NCBI GenBank assembly: GCA_902492275.1
Contig: CABUKW010000003.1
Span: 6,756-70,755, forward strand
From: an uncultured Peptococcaceae bacterium
Lineage (GTDB): Bacteria > Bacillota > Peptococcia > Peptococcales > Peptococcaceae
Reading direction: 5' to 3'
DNA length: 64,000 nt
Part shown: one piece after another, positions 53,955 to 63,990 of the stretch
Layout: each line of letters opens with the position of its first letter
Numbering within the stretch: position 1 is the first letter of the stretch
Program-made: the position numbers and the translations under genes
Notes under the pieces: generated by a model
What the model was told of the DNA's origin: nothing
The model's input: only the letters and a program-made list of their open reading frames with translations
The model's database searches: none

Positions 53955-55715
53955 ATGGTAAATGTTATGATCGATGGCGTTTCCGTGCAGGTTGAAGCGG
54001 GTTCTACCGTATTGCAGGCTGCACAGAAAGCAGGCATTAATATTCCAACATTATGTTATTTAAAAGATGTAAACCAACTAGGCGCATGCCGTGTATGTCT
54101 GGTTGAAGTAAAAGGTGCCAAAGCACTGCAGCCTTCCTGCGTATACCCAGTTCGCGAAGGTCTGGAAGTGTACACCAATACTGCAAAAGTTCGTGAAGCA
54201 AGAAAAGGCGTTGTGGAATTGTTGTTATCCAACCATCCAGCTGACTGCCTGAATTGCGTGCGCAGTGGCAACTGCGAATTGCAGCAGTTAGCCCACCAGA
54301 TGGGTATCCGCAAAATCCGTTTCACAGGCGAACAGAGTACATTCCCGGTTGATGACCGCAGTGTAGCAATTGTTCGTGATCCAAATAAATGCGTATACTG
54401 CCGTCGTTGTGAAGCAGTATGTAAAAAAGTACAGGGCGTGAATATTTTAGGCGGCATTGGCCGTGGCTTCAACAGCATCGTTGGCCCTGCATTCGGTCAT
54501 GCGCTGGATGAAATCAATTGCACACTGTGCGGTCAGTGTATCAACGTATGTCCAACCGGCGCATTAGCAGAAAAAGACGATACCCAGAAAGTATGGGATG
54601 CTTTGGCTGACGAAAACAAACACGTTATTGTCCAGTTCTCTCCAGCAGTTCGTATCGCTATCAGTGAAGAATTTGGCCTGCCTTACGGCACCATCTCCAC
54701 CGGCAAATTGGTTGCTGCCCTGAGAAGAATGGGCTTCAACAAAGTATTTGATACCAACTGGTCTGCTGACTTGACAATCATGGAAGAAGGTAACGAATTG
54801 TTAGACCGTCTGCAAAATGGCGGTACCTTGCCAATGATTACCTCCTGTTCGCCAGGCTGGGTAAAATATTGTGAAAACCATTATCCAGACCAGTTAGATC
54901 ATCTGTCCACCGCTAAGTCTCCACAGGCTATGTTCGGTGCAATGGTAAAAACCTATTATCCACAGACAGATGGTATTGACCCAGCCAGCATTTACAGTGT
55001 TTCTGTAATGCCATGTACCGCCAAAAAATTTGAAGCTGCCCGTCCTGAAATGTGCGACAGTGGCTACAGAGATGTCGATGCCGTTATCACAGTTCGTGAA
55101 GTAGCGCGTATGATTAAACAGGCTGGTATTGATTTCGCAAATCTGCCAGACGAAGAATGCGACGCACCAATGGGCGTAGGTACCGGTGCAGGCACAATTT
55201 TCGGTACAACCGGCGGCGTTATGGAAGCTGCTCTGCGTACCGTATATGAAGTAGTAACCGGCAAAACTCTGCCGCGTCTGGAATTGGAAGAAGTTCGTGG
55301 CACAATGGGCGAAATCAAAGAAGCTACCATCGATTTGGATGGCACGCCGGTAAAAGTAGCTATTGTAAATACACTGGCTCGTGCAAAAGATATTATGGAA
55401 CAGGTGAAAGCTGGAACGGCTGACTACACCTTCATCGAAATCATGGCTTGTCCAAACGGCTGCGTAGGCGGCGGCGGTACACCAATCGTTGACGCTTTAA
55501 CCAGAACCAAACTGCCAGAAGATTATCGTGTATTGCGTGCAAAAGGGTTGTACAATGATGATGAAAATCTGACCATTCGGAAATCGCATGAAAACCCATT
55601 TATCGTTGCAGCTTACGAAAACTTCCTGGGCGAACCATTAGGACATAAATCCCATGAATTGCTGCATACTCATTATACACCGCGTAAAAAGTATAATCTG
55701 GAATGCAAAGATTAA
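53955..55715 (+). CDS. hydA: [FeFe]-hydrogenase catalytic subunit, group A3-like
   Basis: N-terminal 2Fe-2S and 4Fe-4S domains; H-cluster motifs TSCSPGW, MPCTAKKFE, EIMACPNGCVGGGG. Confidence 0.9.
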   Translation: MVNVMIDGVSVQVEAGSTVLQAAQKAGINIPTLCYLKDVNQLGACRVCLVEVKGAKALQPSCVYPVREGLEVYTNTAKVREARKGVVELLLSNHPADCLNCVRSGNCELQQLAHQMGIRKIRFTGEQSTFPVDDRSVAIVRDPNKCVYCRRCEAVCKKVQGVNILGGIGRGFNSIVGPAFGHALDEINCTLCGQCINVCPTGALAEKDDTQKVWDALADENKHVIVQFSPAVRIAISEEFGLPYGTISTGKLVAALRRMGFNKVFDTNWSADLTIMEEGNELLDRLQNGGTLPMITSCSPGWVKYCENHYPDQLDHLSTAKSPQAMFGAMVKTYYPQTDGIDPASIYSVSVMPCTAKKFEAARPEMCDSGYRDVDAVITVREVARMIKQAGIDFANLPDEECDAPMGVGTGAGTIFGTTGGVMEAALRTVYEVVTGKTLPRLELEEVRGTMGEIKEATIDLDGTPVKVAIVNTLARAKDIMEQVKAGTADYTFIEIMACPNGCVGGGGTPIVDALTRTKLPEDYRVLRAKGLYNDDENLTIRKSHENPFIVAAYENFLGEPLGHKSHELLHTHYTPRKKYNLECKD

Positions 55716-55749
55716 TTTGCTGATAAATTCTTAATAGAATTTCCTCCTA

Positions 55750-55786
55750 AAAAGAACTGTCGCGTCATTGCGGCAGTTCTTTTTTA
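55750..55786 (+). terminator. Intrinsic terminator after the hydrogenase operon
   Basis: aaaagaactgtcg-loop-cggcagttctttt followed by tta. Confidence 0.7.
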
Positions 55787-55900
55787 TACTTGAAATTGAC
55801 GAAGGACGCTTCACAGGATATAATGGGAACAATATATTTCGTATTGTAAGGCAGATTGAAAAGATTTTTAGGAAAGTATCGTTTTGTGCGGAGCGGTCAT

Positions 55901-56809
55901 ATGGATATTAGATATTTTGAATATTTAAGGGAAATCAATCGGTGTAAGTCATTTAAAAAAGCAGAAAAGCAGCTGCATATCAGTGCGCAGCAATTAGGGC
56001 GTATTGTTACCGCCATAGAAGAGGAGTTTGGCGTTTACATTTTTGAAAGAACCAATCTGGGTTTGCGCTTAACGAAAGATGGAGAAGAATTTCTAACCAT
56101 GGCCAAGGCCTTGCTGGATTTATATCAGGCTATGCATCGCCTGCCTGATGATTTAGATAACAACACACTGCATGGTCCGTTAAACATCTGCGCTTCTATC
56201 AATACCTGGCCTATGATGGGCGAGCTTGTAGCAGCTTTTGCCAATCAATATCCCGGTGTCTCTATCAATTACCGCATGTGTACCGATGTGGAATTGCTGG
56301 ACACGGTAGCGCGATATGACAATACAGTGGGCATTTTATTCCGTGTGATAGTAAAAGGAAACGCCGTATTAGAAATACCAGATACAGTAGAAACAGAATT
56401 TATTCAAAAAAATAAAATGGCAATCTATTGCGGAAAGAGCAATCCGCTTTGCCTGCAGTATAAAAAGGTTTCTTTGCATCATGTACAGGATATCCCTGTG
56501 ATTATATATGCACCCAATGAAGATGATGAAGTCAGAACCTATAAAATTTATGATCTTCTTTGTGGCCGGCAGCCCGTTGTCAAATACAGTACCAATGATG
56601 CCAGCCTGTTTCATAAGATTTTGCAGGATGACGATGAAGCAATCTATCTTGGCGCTGCCTATCCCAAAGAAGTTCGGACCGATTACTGTGCCATGATAGA
56701 ATTGCTGGATGATGTGGTGCAGGAAATCCAGCTTGTGAAAAGTCCGAAAACGGCAGAAAGTTTGACAGCAAGGGCCTTTATGGAATATATGAAGCAGTAT
56801 ATTTCATAG
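55901..56809 (+). CDS. LysR-family transcriptional regulator
   Basis: MDIRYFEYLREINRCKSFKKAEKQLHISAQQLGRIV HTH. Confidence 0.75.
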   Translation: MDIRYFEYLREINRCKSFKKAEKQLHISAQQLGRIVTAIEEEFGVYIFERTNLGLRLTKDGEEFLTMAKALLDLYQAMHRLPDDLDNNTLHGPLNICASINTWPMMGELVAAFANQYPGVSINYRMCTDVELLDTVARYDNTVGILFRVIVKGNAVLEIPDTVETEFIQKNKMAIYCGKSNPLCLQYKKVSLHHVQDIPVIIYAPNEDDEVRTYKIYDLLCGRQPVVKYSTNDASLFHKILQDDDEAIYLGAAYPKEVRTDYCAMIELLDDVVQEIQLVKSPKTAESLTARAFMEYMKQYIS

Positions 56810-56967
56810 ACCGCATATTGGACAGAAAGGAAGGGCGGGTAAACGGAAATGTTGCTCAAGAAATTGCAGAACCTTTTTTCTCTCTATGCAAAACTTGAAA
56901 AATCGGGTATGGTAATTACAAGCTCATTGAAGGTTTTGTAGATTTTAAATAGTCAGGAGGAATTTTT

Positions 56968-57489
56968 ATGATTCGCAAAGCGACAGAGGCTGATTTGGAC
57001 GGCGTCAATGACGGTTACGAGGAATTATTATACTATGAAAAAGAGCATGGCGCCTATACGGTGTGGGAATTGGGCGTGTATCCTACCAGAAACTCAGCGA
57101 AAAAGAGTTTAGAGGAAGATGGGTTGTATGTGCTGGAGGAAGATGGACAAATCGCCGCCAGCGTTACGGTCAATCAAACGCAGCCGCCTGAATATGAAAC
57201 GGTGCATTGGGGCTGCGACGCCAAACCGGAAGAAGTCATGGTGATTCATTTATTATGCGTACGGCCATCGAAAGCCCATCAAGGCATGGGACGGCGCATG
57301 GTAGAATTTATTATTGAAGAAGCCCGGAAGCGCGGCTGCAAAGCAGTGCGTCTGGATACCGGCGCGCAAAATATTCCTGCCAAATCGTTGTATACGAAAA
57401 TCGGCTTCAAACTGACCGGCACTGCTTCTATGGCCATCGGCGGCTTGATTCCCCATGAGGGGCATCTGTTTTTTGAATATGTGCTTTAA
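56968..57489 (+). CDS. GNAT-family N-acetyltransferase
   Basis: 173 aa; LCVRPSKAHQGMGRRMVEFIIEEARKRG acetyl-CoA binding motif. Confidence 0.8.
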   Translation: MIRKATEADLDGVNDGYEELLYYEKEHGAYTVWELGVYPTRNSAKKSLEEDGLYVLEEDGQIAASVTVNQTQPPEYETVHWGCDAKPEEVMVIHLLCVRPSKAHQGMGRRMVEFIIEEARKRGCKAVRLDTGAQNIPAKSLYTKIGFKLTGTASMAIGGLIPHEGHLFFEYVL

Positions 57490-57584
57490 TCCATTAAAAA
57501 AATAGCGGAAAAATATGTTGCATTTTGTATTATTCTGTGCTACTGTATACCATGTTGCTGATACGTAAGAAGTATGCGTTTGTC

Positions 57585-57680
57585 GGCAACTATCTCTGGA
57601 GAGTCTCTATCTTAAGAGCGCCGAAGGTGTACCATAAGTGCGCAGGCACTTGTGAATCTCTCAGGCAAAAGGACAGGGCA
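57585..57680 (+). promoter_or_regulatory. Glycine riboswitch aptamer (single)
   Basis: CTCTGGAGAG...GCGCCGAAGGtG...AATCTCTCAGGCAAAAGGACAG matches the conserved glycine-aptamer core. Confidence 0.8.
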
Positions 57681-57729
57681 TAGAAAATTCGGGCGGCAGA
57701 AATGCCGGATGCGATGTTCTACTCTTCGG

Positions 57730-57763
57730 AGAGCTGATTTTATAATCAGCTCTTTATTTTTTT
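57730..57763 (+). terminator. Riboswitch expression-platform terminator
   Basis: agagctgatt-ttat-aatcagctct followed by ttattttttt. The left arm overlaps ctcttcggagag, which could pair with the aptamer P1 strand. Confidence 0.75.
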
Positions 57764-57804
57764 GTGTCTGTTTTTATGAAGCAGACGGAGAGGAGAATGA
57801 AAAC

Positions 57805-59160
57805 ATGTTAGAATTGGTGCAAAGCGCCAACAGTGTACTTTGGGGGCCAGTGCTGCTGCTATTGTTGTGCGGCACAGGTATCTGGTACACCGTTCGTCTG
57901 CGGTTTATTCAAGTCAGAAAATTTGGAGAAGCCTGCAAATTGGTATTTGGACACATAAGGTTTCGGGGCGGTGAGCGAAAGGCCGGGGAGATGACGCCCT
58001 TTCAGTCTTTGGCCACGGCTATCGCCGCGCAGGTGGGAACCGGTAATTTGACCGGCGCAGCCACTGCGTTGGTTTCCGGCGGTCCCGGCGCTATTTTTTG
58101 GATGTGGGTCAGCGCTTTTTTCGGCATGGCTACTATTTACGCCGAAGCCACACTGGCGCAAACCTATAAAACTACGCTGCCTGACGGCGAAGTAACCGGT
58201 GGGCCGGTTTATTATATCCGCCAGGCGTTTAAGGGGACCTTTGGCAAAATCTTGGCGGCGGCGTTTGCCCTATTTATCATTTTGGCGTTAGGATTTATGG
58301 GCAATATGGTGCAGTCCAACTCCATTGGCAGCGCTTTTACAGAAGTGTTTTCCAGCAGAAATATCAACGTTCCTCCCATCACCCTTGGGATTTTGCTGGC
58401 TGTCTTTGCTGCCTTTATTTTCATCGGCGGTACAAAGCGGCTGGGCGCTTTTGTAGAAAAAGTGGTGCCGCTCATGGCAGCCATGTATGTGATTGGCGGT
58501 TTGGTGCTGATTATTCTGAACATCGCCCACTTGCCGCGCGTGTTGGAAACCATTATTGTATGCGCCTTTAATCCCAGCGCTATGGGCGGCGGCGCCTTGG
58601 GGATTACAGTACAGCAGGCTATTCGTTACGGGGTGGCGCGTGGGCTGTTCTCCAACGAAGCAGGGATGGGCTCTACGCCTCATGCCCATGCCCGAGCGGC
58701 GGCCAAGAATCCCCACGAGCAAGGCCTAACCGCTATGGTTAGCGTTTTTATAGATACCTTTATCGTTTTAAACATGACTGTCTTTGCAGTGCTGTCCACC
58801 GATGCATTGGCAACAGGAAAAGGCGGAATCGCGCTGACCCAGGCGGCCTTTTCAACAGTGTACGGCAGTTTCGGCGATATTTTCGTAGCGATTTGCTTGC
58901 TGTTTTTTGCTTTTTCCACCATTTTGGGCTGGCACTTCTTTGGAGCAGTCAACGTAAAATATTTATTCGGCGATTTTGCCGTAAAGGTGTACTCGTGCAT
59001 TGTGATAGTCTGCATTATTATCGGTTCTACTCTAAAAGTGAACCTAGTCTGGGAATTGTCCGACTTCTTCAACGGCATGATGGTAATTCCTAACGTCTTG
59101 GCGCTGTTGGTGTTGACCGGCGTTGTGGTGACTAGCTGCAAAAAATACAGCGGAAAATAA
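57805..59160 (+). CDS. Alanine/glycine:cation symporter (AGCS family)
   Basis: ATG at 57805 after GGAGAGGAG; FQSLATAIAAQVGTGNLTG and FSNEAGMGS motifs. Confidence 0.85.
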   Translation: MLELVQSANSVLWGPVLLLLLCGTGIWYTVRLRFIQVRKFGEACKLVFGHIRFRGGERKAGEMTPFQSLATAIAAQVGTGNLTGAATALVSGGPGAIFWMWVSAFFGMATIYAEATLAQTYKTTLPDGEVTGGPVYYIRQAFKGTFGKILAAAFALFIILALGFMGNMVQSNSIGSAFTEVFSSRNINVPPITLGILLAVFAAFIFIGGTKRLGAFVEKVVPLMAAMYVIGGLVLIILNIAHLPRVLETIIVCAFNPSAMGGGALGITVQQAIRYGVARGLFSNEAGMGSTPHAHARAAAKNPHEQGLTAMVSVFIDTFIVLNMTVFAVLSTDALATGKGGIALTQAAFSTVYGSFGDIFVAICLLFFAFSTILGWHFFGAVNVKYLFGDFAVKVYSCIVIVCIIIGSTLKVNLVWELSDFFNGMMVIPNVLALLVLTGVVVTSCKKYSGK

Positions 59161-59163
59161 AGA

Positions 59164-59203
59164 ACAGCCGTATCTGCCTCCCGAAGCAGATACGGCTGTT
59201 TTG
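59164..59203. terminator. Intrinsic terminator between convergent genes
   Basis: acagccgtatctgc-loop-gcagatacggctgt followed by tttt. Confidence 0.8.
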
Positions 59204-59246
59204 TACATACAAGGAAATTAATAAAAGCATGGTTTAAAGAAACGCC

Positions 59247-60725
59247 TTATGCGGCCTGCTGCAATTGTTCACCAGTCTGCTTTTGCTGCTCGTCTATCAA
59301 CTGCAGCGTAGCATAGGTCATGTCCACAATATCGCCGCGGGTGGCAGCGGTGCTACCAGAGGCTTGTTCGTCTGTCAAAATGCCGTGGGGTACGGCGATG
59401 GCCAAAGCGTCCTGATAACTGTGTTCAATGCCCAGAACGCGGAGCATCATAACGGCATAATCCCGTTTGGATACAGCTCCTGTGCCGAAGGTAGTCGCAC
59501 TCTGTCCGGCTGCCAGCTTCTTTTCATATAAAAAGCCGATGGAGGAACGAGCCCATTCTGGCACATCGGTAAAGGGACAAATGTCGGCGTAATACTGGCC
59601 GTTTTCCCGTAAAGCGGCGATACCGTCATTCATACGCATTACCATCACGCCCATTTCCACTCGGGTCATGCTGTCCTCTAACCGGAAGCCGCCTTCATCG
59701 CCCGCAAAAAGACCCAGCGCCTGCAAAGCCTCCGCTTTTTTCTGTGTAGATTCGCTGGATACCGACACATGATTAGAAGTGGTTGTCGTATCGGTATCTT
59801 CTTCCTCCGGTTCGCCCAAAATATCCTTCAGATAGCGATCGTCTACCATATCGCCGGTGACGGCGTTCTGCAACGATAAGCCGGCAAAGGGCACGCTGGT
59901 GCTTTTCTGACCAATTGTGCGGCCGGTGTAAATTTCTTTGCTGGTTTCATAAGCGGCTTGATCGTAGCTATGAGTCCCCTTCTGCTGGAACGTATCCAAA
60001 TCTAATAAAAAGTAAGACCAGCGGTCGCTGTTATCCTGTTTGCCGATAGGATCATTGAAGGTAACGTCCAGCATCCACCATTTTTCGTCCAGATAAACGG
60101 CGTTCCAGATATGATTGCCGCCGTAGGCGGTGCCCGTCACCTTTATGCAGGGAATCTCCAGCATTTCACACAATAGTTGCACACTGTTGGCATAGCCCTC
60201 GCAGACAGCCTGCCCTTCGATTAAGCAGCCAAAAGCAGTGAACGCTTTGTAATAACGGTCGGGGTCGGATACTGCCGCCGATACATATTCGCAATTATCT
60301 ACAAGATAATTATTGATATAACGCAGCTTTTCGTAGTCGGTGCTGTAGATGGCAGCGTCGGCTACGATTTCCTTAGCCTTGTTTTGCACATACTGGTTTA
60401 AATCATTATAGTCTCTGCCGCGAAAGGTCACAAAAAAGGTAGTAGGATTTACATTGGAATAATATTGCAGATTGGCGTCCAGACTAAACGGCAGCAGACG
60501 CGTAGCCAAATCCAATACTTCATTCATATAATTTTCAGCAGCGGGGCTTTCTCCGGCTACGTTGGTATTCAGCCGAATTTCTCCCGTTGCCCCATCATGC
60601 AGATAAATTTGATATAACGTTGTAGCCGCGCCAACCTCGTCGGCAGCGGTGTTTGCCCATGCAGGCGCAGCGCCCAGCAACAGCAGACCGATATAAAGCA
60701 GTGTGAGCAGTTTTTTATGTTTCAT
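59247..60725 (-). CDS. Secreted transglutaminase-like cysteine protease domain protein with C-terminal SLH-type domain
   Basis: Signal peptide; GQAVCEGYANSV...GNHIWNAVYLDEKWWMLDVTFNDP (Cys-His-Asp core); C-terminal FTDVPEWA... SLH-like segment. Confidence 0.75.
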   Translation of the reverse strand: MKHKKLLTLLYIGLLLLGAAPAWANTAADEVGAATTLYQIYLHDGATGEIRLNTNVAGESPAAENYMNEVLDLATRLLPFSLDANLQYYSNVNPTTFFVTFRGRDYNDLNQYVQNKAKEIVADAAIYSTDYEKLRYINNYLVDNCEYVSAAVSDPDRYYKAFTAFGCLIEGQAVCEGYANSVQLLCEMLEIPCIKVTGTAYGGNHIWNAVYLDEKWWMLDVTFNDPIGKQDNSDRWSYFLLDLDTFQQKGTHSYDQAAYETSKEIYTGRTIGQKSTSVPFAGLSLQNAVTGDMVDDRYLKDILGEPEEEDTDTTTTSNHVSVSSESTQKKAEALQALGLFAGDEGGFRLEDSMTRVEMGVMVMRMNDGIAALRENGQYYADICPFTDVPEWARSSIGFLYEKKLAAGQSATTFGTGAVSKRDYAVMMLRVLGIEHSYQDALAIAVPHGILTDEQASGSTAATRGDIVDMTYATLQLIDEQQKQTGEQLQQAA

Positions 60726-60962
60726 TGAGATTCCTCACTTTCTTTATTTCTCATTTATAAAGCATTTGTTACAGTATAGCATATTTCAGATAGGAAAATG
60801 TAAGGATTTTATTAAGATTTACTTGCAGAAAAATAATTTTATCAAAAGTAATTTGCTCTAAAAGGATTTTTGCATTATAATATAAAAAATAGTTTGCAAT
60901 CATTTTTATAACAAATGAATTTTGTAACGGTATTTAGGTTGAAAGAGCAGGAGGGAAACCAA

Positions 60963-61508
60963 TTGATAGAGATTTTGACTATGCTGAATCAATATGCCAT
61001 TATTTTTACAGCAGCCATGGCCTTGATTGCCCTGATTTTTTTAATCAGATTGGTGCAGCTGCAGCGAGAAATAAAAACTTTAAAGAAGAAATATACAGCG
61101 CTGACCGTAGGCGTCAACGGTGAAAACCTGAGTGAAATTGTAGAAAATTTGGTGGCCAGCAACGCGCTGACGCAGCAAGCAGCCCAGCAGCTAGAGCAGG
61201 ATGTAAAAGAACTGCGCAAGCGGCAGCAGGCCAATCTGAACCACGTGGCCATTATGCATTACAATGCCTTTGACTTTACCTATGGAGAACTGAGCTTTTC
61301 CATGGCCGTCCTAGATGATTTGGGCAACGGCTATATCTTCACCAATATCCACAACAGAGATGACGCCCGCTGTTATTGCAAGCGGATTTTGAACGGGGAA
61401 AGCAAACATCCGCTCAGTGATGAAGAAAAAGAAGTGCTGGAATATGCGCTGAACAACGAAATCAATTACAGTCGCGCAGCCCGCAATGCAGGCGCTGCCA
61501 AATCATAA
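60963..61508 (+). CDS. DUF4446-like membrane-anchored protein
   Basis: TTG at 60963 after AGGAGGG (or ATG at 60981); N-terminal TM segment, coiled coil, then HVAIMHYNAFD...FSMAVLDD..GNGYIFTNIH. Confidence 0.6.
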   Translation: MIEILTMLNQYAIIFTAAMALIALIFLIRLVQLQREIKTLKKKYTALTVGVNGENLSEIVENLVASNALTQQAAQQLEQDVKELRKRQQANLNHVAIMHYNAFDFTYGELSFSMAVLDDLGNGYIFTNIHNRDDARCYCKRILNGESKHPLSDEEKEVLEYALNNEINYSRAARNAGAAKS

Positions 61509-61532
61509 TAAGCTCAAAGATTTTTCTGGTAG

Positions 61533-61997
61533 ATGGTGATGGAAACGATGGGAGAAAAATGTCCATATAGTTTATTATTTAAACAACTTTCGATTGCTTT
61601 TGAAAATAATTTGCAGCGCGAGGCCGCTCAATATGGATTGACTGCCGCCCAGGCCAGCATTTTGATTTATCTATCTAATGTAGACCACAAAGTCAATCAG
61701 CGTGAATTAGAAAGCTATTATCATCTGAGCAACCCCACTGTAACAGGTTTAATGAAACGGATGGAAGCTAAAGGCTTTATTCGTCGGCAGGTGAGCCAAG
61801 AGGACGGCCGCGCCAAATATATCACGCTTACCGACAAGGCGATGGAAATCAGCAGTGAGGTAAAGCAAAATCTGGCCAAGATGGAACAAAAGGTTGTGCA
61901 GGGCATGTCGCCGGAAGAAAGCGAGCAATTTCATGCCTTGCTGTTACAGGCTTTAAAAAATATTTATGTGTGCCGCGAAAAAACGCAGGAAAACTAA
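61533..61997 (+). CDS. MarR-family transcriptional regulator
   Basis: LTAAQASILIYL...NQRELESYYHLSNPTVTGLMKRMEAKGFIRR. Confidence 0.8.
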   Translation: MVMETMGEKCPYSLLFKQLSIAFENNLQREAAQYGLTAAQASILIYLSNVDHKVNQRELESYYHLSNPTVTGLMKRMEAKGFIRRQVSQEDGRAKYITLTDKAMEISSEVKQNLAKMEQKVVQGMSPEESEQFHALLLQALKNIYVCREKTQEN

Positions 61998-62065
61998 AAG
62001 CAGGCTAGCAGGCTGTTGTATGAAACATATTTCATGCAGCAGCCTTTTTGCTTGTCCGGCGGCAG

Positions 62066-63463
62066 TCACGGCAGAAGAAACCTATCGCCATAGCGGGGTG
62101 CATAGACTGCATAGGAACCGCCCTGTAGCATGTCGGCCAAAAACAGTGCCGTTTGCGCGTCGCCATGATTCAGAAAAATCTTTTCGGGAGCGGGCTGCAG
62201 CTTCTGCAGCCATTGCAGCAGCGCAGGCTGGTCGGCATGGATGGGGCGGGTCGGCAAAGACACCACGCGAGCCTGCACCGCAACCTCATCGCCAAATAGC
62301 GTAACGCTGGCAGCGCCGTCCAGCAACGTGCGGGCTAAGGTGCCGCGGCGTGGATTTCCCAGCAGCGCCACCGTACATTGGGGCCGCCATAAATGATGCT
62401 TGAAATGATGGCGAATGCGTCCGCCGTCGCAGGCGCTGCCAGCGGCAATGATGACCTTGGGCGAGTGGTCCTGATTCAGCAACCGGGATTGTTCACTGGT
62501 AACGCATAGATGCAGCTGGGGAAAATCCAGCAAAGCGCCGCAGCGCTTCTTCAAAATCAGGGCTTCCTCATCCAAATAGCCGTTCAAATAATCGCCGCTG
62601 TAAACAGCGCAGGTTTCCTCCGCCAGAGGGTTGTCCACATACACAGGAAAGTCCGGCAGCGCTGACACCAGCCCCTCCTGTTTGATTTGCTGTAAATAAT
62701 ATAAAATCTCCTGGGTGCGGCCAACGGCAGCGGCGGGAATCAGCACAGTGCCCTGCTTTTGAAAGGTAGCTTCCAGCACCTGCGCCAGCGCCTGCTTATA
62801 ACCCTGTTGCTGCCAATAACAATGGTCTCCGTGGGTACATTCCATCACCACATAATCCGCCGCCGTTACCTGCTGCGGATCCTCCACAAAAGGCAACGCC
62901 CGGTTTCCCAAATCGCCGCTGCACAAAAGCCGCCGCCTTTGGCCGTGCGACGTATAGTCCAGCGTGATCATGGCCGAGCCTAATATATGGCCGGCATCAT
63001 AAAAGCAAAATTGCAAATCCTTTGTTAAAGGCCGCTGTTGCTGGTAATGGCAGATTTTGATTTGCCGCAGCGTTTTTTCCACATCCTGCAGCGTAAAGAG
63101 AGGCTCCTGCAGCGGCTTGCCGGCCCGACGGTTTTTCTCATTGCGCCAGCGCAGTTCCTGCCCTTGCAAATCGGCGCTTTCCCGCAGCATTATGTCCAAC
63201 AAATAAGCGGTAGGCTCGGTCATAAAGATGGGGCCTTCAAACCCCCGTTTTACCAAAAGAGGCAGCCGCCCGCAATGGTCGAGATGACAATGGGTCAGCA
63301 GCACCGCGTCCAACTGCTGCGGCTGAAACAGAAAGCTGCTGTTGTCAATCACATCCTGTCCCTGCTGTAACCCACAATCAATCAATAACTGATATCCTTC
63401 GTGCCGTATGTGCATACAACTGCCAGTCACCGCCCTGGCCGCTCCGCAAAAGGTAAGCTCCAT
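62066..63463 (-). CDS. MBL-fold / beta-CASP RNA-metabolising hydrolase
   Basis: ATG at 63463 after GAAGGAGCGGGAAGG; MELTFCGAARAVTGSC..., THCHLDHCGRLP, beta-CASP and RMMBL-like tail. Confidence 0.8.
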   Translation of the reverse strand: MELTFCGAARAVTGSCMHIRHEGYQLLIDCGLQQGQDVIDNSSFLFQPQQLDAVLLTHCHLDHCGRLPLLVKRGFEGPIFMTEPTAYLLDIMLRESADLQGQELRWRNEKNRRAGKPLQEPLFTLQDVEKTLRQIKICHYQQQRPLTKDLQFCFYDAGHILGSAMITLDYTSHGQRRRLLCSGDLGNRALPFVEDPQQVTAADYVVMECTHGDHCYWQQQGYKQALAQVLEATFQKQGTVLIPAAAVGRTQEILYYLQQIKQEGLVSALPDFPVYVDNPLAEETCAVYSGDYLNGYLDEEALILKKRCGALLDFPQLHLCVTSEQSRLLNQDHSPKVIIAAGSACDGGRIRHHFKHHLWRPQCTVALLGNPRRGTLARTLLDGAASVTLFGDEVAVQARVVSLPTRPIHADQPALLQWLQKLQPAPEKIFLNHGDAQTALFLADMLQGGSYAVYAPRYGDRFLLP

Positions 63464-63585
63464 CCTTCCCGCTCCTTCGTTTGTGTGATAAGAGTTTGTT
63501 TTCCTTTTAGTTTGTCCTAGTGGAAAAAATCTATGCGGATTTTTTCGTTTCCTAATTGATTTTTTGCTGCATATCAGTTCTTTTC

Positions 63586-63645
63586 TATTTGCTACCACTT
63601 CGATTTATTTGCTACCCTTTGGATTTTTTTGCTACACTTTGCCCT
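63586..63645. repeat. Three direct repeats with 20-bp period containing TTTGCTAC
   Basis: tttgctac starts at 63588, 63608 and 63628, exactly 20 bp apart; lies upstream of the beta-CASP gene. Confidence 0.6.
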
Positions 63646-63762
63646 ATCCCTCCGTAATCCGCACATCCTCTGAACTGTGCAGCTTTGCCGGACTAGCTAC
63701 GCTGTCCGTCATGCTTTGCACAGTCTGCGATGCTGTGCGTCTTAAGTCGGAATTTGGGCAAA

Positions 63763-63990
63763 GGTAGCGGGGATTCCGAAACCATAAAAGGGAAAAGAGT
63801 GTCCTGTCCCTTCTGTATTCTGCGTGGCAGACAGGTTGTAGGGGATGCTGCCCACAGGCCAGTAATTTAGGGCAGTGGTAGCGGGGAGTTTTAAACCCAT
63901 AGAAGGTTAAAAAGTGCCTTGCTTTTTCTGTATCCTGTCCGATAGATACGTTGTAGGGTACGCCGCCACTAGCGCGTTTTGAAGCGCGGT
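63763..63990. repeat. Two tandem ~114-bp diverged repeats of unknown nature
   Basis: Both units start ggtagcgggga (63763 and 63877). They share aaaag(a)gtg(t)cct..ttctgtat.ctg...gttgtaggg.a.gc.gcc blocks; roughly two-thirds identical by eye. Confidence 0.55.

Noticed and set aside
57681-57729. A second (tandem) glycine aptamer.
   Set aside because: Only one GGAGAG...CCGAAGG...CTCAGGCAAAAGGAC core is present. The downstream sequence fits a terminator/antiterminator platform, not a second aptamer.
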